Assembly: GCF_963921235.1 (NCBI RefSeq)
Contig: NC_086113.1
Span: forward strand, 25,048,001-25,112,000
DNA: 64,000 nucleotides
Source: Mobula hypostoma
Taxonomy: Eukaryota
Reading direction: 5' to 3'
Positions 59,751 through 64,000 of this stretch are shown piece after piece. The position numbers were made by a program, and so were the translations under genes. Below the pieces are notes generated by a model. It made no database searches, was not told the origin of the DNA, and was given only the letters and a program-made list of their open reading frames with translations. How positions within the stretch are numbered: the stretch's first letter is position 1; each line of letters opens with the position of its first letter.

Positions 59751-60176
59751 TCTTGGAAATAAATGAGAGGGAATAAATAAAATTTCAGTGTTGTATCACC
59801 CTGACCTCACTTGAAACATTGCTTTCTTTGTTTTATAAAATGTCACTTCATTTGTTTTTTGCACGTTTGCATAGCATTAGTAAGACACATCTCTGAAAGT
59901 AGGAGCAAAAGATAGCCATGTTACCCCTGGAGCCTGTTATTTTCCATGGAAGAATTAGAGCTCAGATATGGTTGCAGACAAGGGAGGTAGAGGGAAAGGA
60001 GAAAGGGAATATCTGTGATAGGTGGAGAGTTAGGGGTACAGGCAGGAAAGTAGATTTAAGGCAATGATCAGTTCACCTACAATCTTCTTGAATGCTGGTG
60101 GAGACTTAGGGCAACACCTATCATTACACTTAACTTGTTATATCTTTACAATTTGGTGTATCTTTTTATTTTTTAG

Positions 60177-60405
60177 GGATGGCACAGTCATGTAACAGTA
60201 AGCATAACACTATTACAGTGTTAGTGACCTGGATTCAATTCAACTGCTGCTTATAAGGAGTTTGTAGGTTTTCTCTGTGACTGCATGGGTTTCCTTCAGA
60301 TGCTCCTGTTTCCTCCCACATTCCGAAGACATACTGGTTAGTAAGTTACTTGGGCAGTGTGGGGTCGTTGAGCCAGATGGGTTTGATACCATGCAGTATC
60401 TCTAT
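60177..60405 (+). mobile_element. V-SINE
   Basis: tRNA-like head plus CATGGGTTTCCTTCAGATGCTCCTGTTTCCTCCCACATTCC. Confidence 0.7.
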
Positions 60406-61534
60406 ATAGGTACATAAGTAAAATTCGGAGCCATCCACAGACATTTTGGTGATTAGTGTCCTGAAATGTTGAAGCACTACCTGAGTTTGCTGGGCCCTTT
60501 CTGCACTTTAATTTTTGATTTCATAACATTTGCCTCTCCAATAATCCACAGATGTACTTCTCTCAGCCTCAGATATATTCCACGGTCCAGCCTCCACAGC
60601 TTTCTGAAACAGAATTGTGAAGATTCGTTGTGAATAGTTGACTTCCTAATCTGCAAGCTTACCCTTAGTTTTGGATTCCCCAAGGAGGGGAATTATTCTT
60701 TAGGTATTTACCCTATCAAACCCTGTTGAAATTTTATATTTTTCAATACGACAATGTTAATGTACAGCAGGGATTTGTGAAAAACCTGCTAGGATATCCT
60801 GGGATACTATGAAGGGAAATAGTCCCATTGGCTGAAAAGAGAAAAAAAAAATGAAGTCATTGATAAAGGAGCTGGAAACATAAGGAAATCGGTTTTCATG
60901 TCGAAACTAGATGAGATCTGGAATTTATTGTCTGAAAATGTTTGAAAAAAGGAGAAACAATCATGGTTTAAAAATAAAATTGACCAGGTACTTGAAGGAT
61001 TTTTTTAAAATGCAGGATTACATGGATATAGTTGGGAAATGAACTAGACTAAAAGGCTAACATAGCTTAATTTTCTGAATGGCCACCTTCTGAACAGTAA
61101 CAATTCTATAATTCATGACGGATCTCCCATTGAAAAATGACAGTGCGGAATCAAATTGGATGGAGTGAATTCCTTTTCCTTTATATTGGGAGAAGAATTA
61201 GATATTTGGATGAATAAAGCATTTTGATAACCACTATATTAAAATGCATTAATCACACAAATGCATAACTGCATATATATTCATAGCACAGAGAACTAAA
61301 TTAGATTTAAATTGTCATTGAAACAACCAAACAACAATTCTATTCTGTTTCAGAAAATAAGCTGGCTTTTTAATTCACAATCTGTGCCCTATATTTGCTT
61401 AGGCATAGTATTTTAGAACAACTACAGAAAATAAAATCACTTTGTGCCTTCACCACACCACCACCCCCCAGCCCTTTTTGACTCCTCCTGACCTCCTTCA
61501 TCACTTCCCTCCTCCTCATCTCTGTCTCCGATAA

Positions 61535-61892
61535 ACCTCCACTTTTGTAACAGTGGCAACCTGACAACCAATCTTAACACAGCAACAAACAATTTTAACA
61601 TAGCAAGCTCCCAAAAGCAACAATGTAATAAGAGCCAAATGCTTTTGCACTGAAGGACAGGACATGAGGGAAAATTCACCGGCTCATCTCTGAAATAGCG
61701 TCAGGAGATATTTTATATCCACATGAGAGAGCATTTTATCATAAGTCTGAAAGACATCATCTTTGACTGTGTAGGTCTCTGCTGGCACTGCGCTGAAATT
61801 TCAGTACATATTTTGATGCCGAAACTTCTAGAATGAGACTTGAAGGCAGAACATTCTGATCGGTGGCAAAGCAGTTACTTGCTGAGCCAAAG
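61535..61892 (-). mobile_element. Old SacSINE1-like SINE; boundaries approximate
   Basis: ATAGCAAGCTCCCAAAAGC...TATCCACATGAGAG...GACTTGAA...CTGAGCCA. Confidence 0.55.
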
Positions 61893-62329
61893 CCTTATGT
61901 AGTGAAATGCACTGTAAATAATAACGTTGTGTCAAGAGTGTAGTTGGAAATCTTCAGTTCTAACCTGTTGGTAAACTCTTTGTGAAGGCCTTGCACTTAA
62001 ATTGCACAGCTTGGTGAGATTGTTTAACCTAACCTTTCCCATCTCTGCCCCCCATTCCAAATAATCCACTGGTAGGATTAATTGCATGAATCTTTTGGAG
62101 ATGTGACTTGCTAACAGAGATGTTGTTGAATCTCAGTGACTGGGGTTTTCAGTGACGTTCTCCCAATCCACTACAGGGTTTAATCCAATACTAATACAGA
62201 CAAAGAGATGGTTCTTGGTAATTTCTCTAAATGTCCACAAGTTTCTGGTTTCAGTTGAAAGGAACTTTCCAGAAATTCCATGTGCTGAGAATGGGATCCT
62301 GCTACAGGACAAGGATATTTTATTTGACC

Positions 62330-62809
62330 TCAAGAAAAGAGATACTGACATAAGTTGCAAAATTCACTTTATGGCATGCATAATAAATGCATAATAAGCT
62401 GCAATAAAGACAAATAAATGTTGAAAAAGAGAAATACCAAGGTAATGTGCATGGGTTCATTGGCCGTTCAGAAATCCGATGGTGGTGGGGAAAAAAGCTG
62501 TGCCTAAAATGTTGTTTACACAAATCCAGGCTCTGGTATCTCCACCCTGATGGTGGTGATGAGAAGAGGGCGTGTCCCAGATGGTAAGGAAACTTAATGA
62601 TGGATCGTACCTTTTTGAGACACCTCCTTTTGAAAATGTCCTTGATGGTAGGAAGGCTTATACCCATGATGGAGATGGCAGAACCTACAACACTCTGAAG
62701 CCTCTTGTGATCCTATGTATTGGCTCCTCCATACCAGATGGTCATGCAACCAGTCAGAATGCTCTCCACGGTACATTGTAGAAATTTACTATACCGGTGA
62801 CATACCAAA
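62330..62809 (-). mobile_element. Rex/Babar 3' fragment
   Basis: LPTIKDIFKRRCLKKVRSIIK.PYHLGHALFS..PSG.RY.SL. Confidence 0.8.
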
Positions 62810-62912
62810 AATATGGAGGGGACTCTATTCTCAAATCAAAATACTGAAGATCTTACAAATATGACATAAATCAGAAAATTCTAGGAATATTCCATTTGCT
62901 CATGGCTGCCAG

Positions 62913-63375
62913 GAATCAGAATCAGGCTTAGTATCACCAGCATATGTCGTGAAATTTGTTAACTTAGCAGCAGCAGTACAATGTAATACACGATCATATA
63001 GAAAAAAGTAAGTAAGTAAACCAATTTCAGTAAGTATATATATGTATATTAAATAGTTAAGCTAAAAATTGTGCATAAACAGAAATATCGCAGAGTGTGT
63101 ACCTTCAGGCTTCTGTACCTTGCTCCTAAGAAGAGGGTATGTCCTGGGTGATTGAGGTTCTTAACGATGTACGCAGCCTTTCTGAGGCACTACTCCTTGA
63201 AGATGTATTGGATACTACAGAGGCTAGTAAGCAAGATGGAGCTGACTAATCAAACGTCTTTCTGTAGCTTCCTTTGATCGTGTGCCGTCGTGGCACCCCC
63301 CCCCACCCCCCCCGTACCAAACAGTGATGCAGCCTGTCAGAAAGCTCTCAATGGTACATCTATAGAAGTTTTTGA
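62913..63375 (-). mobile_element. Rex/Babar 3' fragment with (CAGAAT)n tail
   Basis: GAATCAGAATCAGG...GTCGTGAAATTTGTTAACTTAGCAGCAGCAG; homologous to 43200-43782. Confidence 0.85.
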
Positions 63376-64000
63376 AAGAGAAACAGAGTTAAGACTTATT
63401 GTGATTTTTTGTTCACAAAATTTACCTGATGCACTTAACAGTTCCAGCATTTTTTGTCTTACAGTACACACATGCCAGTTCACGGTTGTATTTTGTTTGC
63501 TTTGCTTGGTGCTCACAGCTGGTATTATTTACCAGTGATCTGTTCCATTTATAGAAATCAATCTTTAGCGTCCTGGCACTAAAATGATTGACCTGCCCCT
63601 CCACTGACTTGGTAATTGCTCTGTGTCGGACAGGCACTAGCTGTGCAGAACTGCATCATGGAGATGAATGCTCCAAAAGCACCAGGCCAAATACAATTCT
63701 TTTCCGTTCCAGCAATAGTTCGATGATAAGTTAAAAGAAGAATGTCAAAGAATTGATAGAAGAAGCAGTATGGATATTCCATGGGTATTACAATTGTAAA
63801 GAGAAACAGAAAACAAAGAATATATTAGACAATCAAATGTTAAGTAATCTCATCAAAATCTCACATTGCTTCTTAGTATCATCATAGTAGTGTTTGAATT
63901 TTTTTTCTCTCCATCTATTGCAGATCACTATCTTGTGTTTATTACAATTAATGGCTTTCCTTGTACACAGAAATGAATTATTTTTATTTCTGTCTTTGCA

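Noticed and set aside
59440-59776. Hydrophobic S/L/P/F-rich ORFs as membrane proteins
   Set aside because: Artefact of a CT-rich tract that lacks stop codons.

Overview
Eukaryotic, AT-rich, repeat-dense non-coding DNA. The repeat repertoire (CR1, Rex1/Babar, L1, Penelope, Gypsy, hAT, V-SINE and Deu/SacSINE1-like SINEs) points to a cartilaginous fish, probably a ray; this is an inference from recognised repeat types, not a database result. No host protein-coding gene is recognisable, and almost every long ORF is retroelement-derived. It reads as a large intron or gene desert with a few unique, enhancer-like islands and two or three unconfirmed + strand exon candidates. Highlights: (1) a young L1 (19348-23421) with a twin-priming 5' inversion resolvable at base level and a 17-bp TSD; its ORF2 can be rebuilt to ~1,236 aa with a single 2-nt deletion. 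(2) A family of Penelope pseudo-LTR-derived insertions carrying minimal, dimer-type hammerhead ribozymes, including TSD-flanked 95-135 bp units and a 191-bp fold-back copy. (3) Junction signatures of templated repair: a 53-bp local inverted duplication beside a CR1, and a tailless CR1 fragment captured with iterative filler. (4) An unclassified ~1.5 kb LTR-like segment at the window start. Family names were assigned by motif recognition only.
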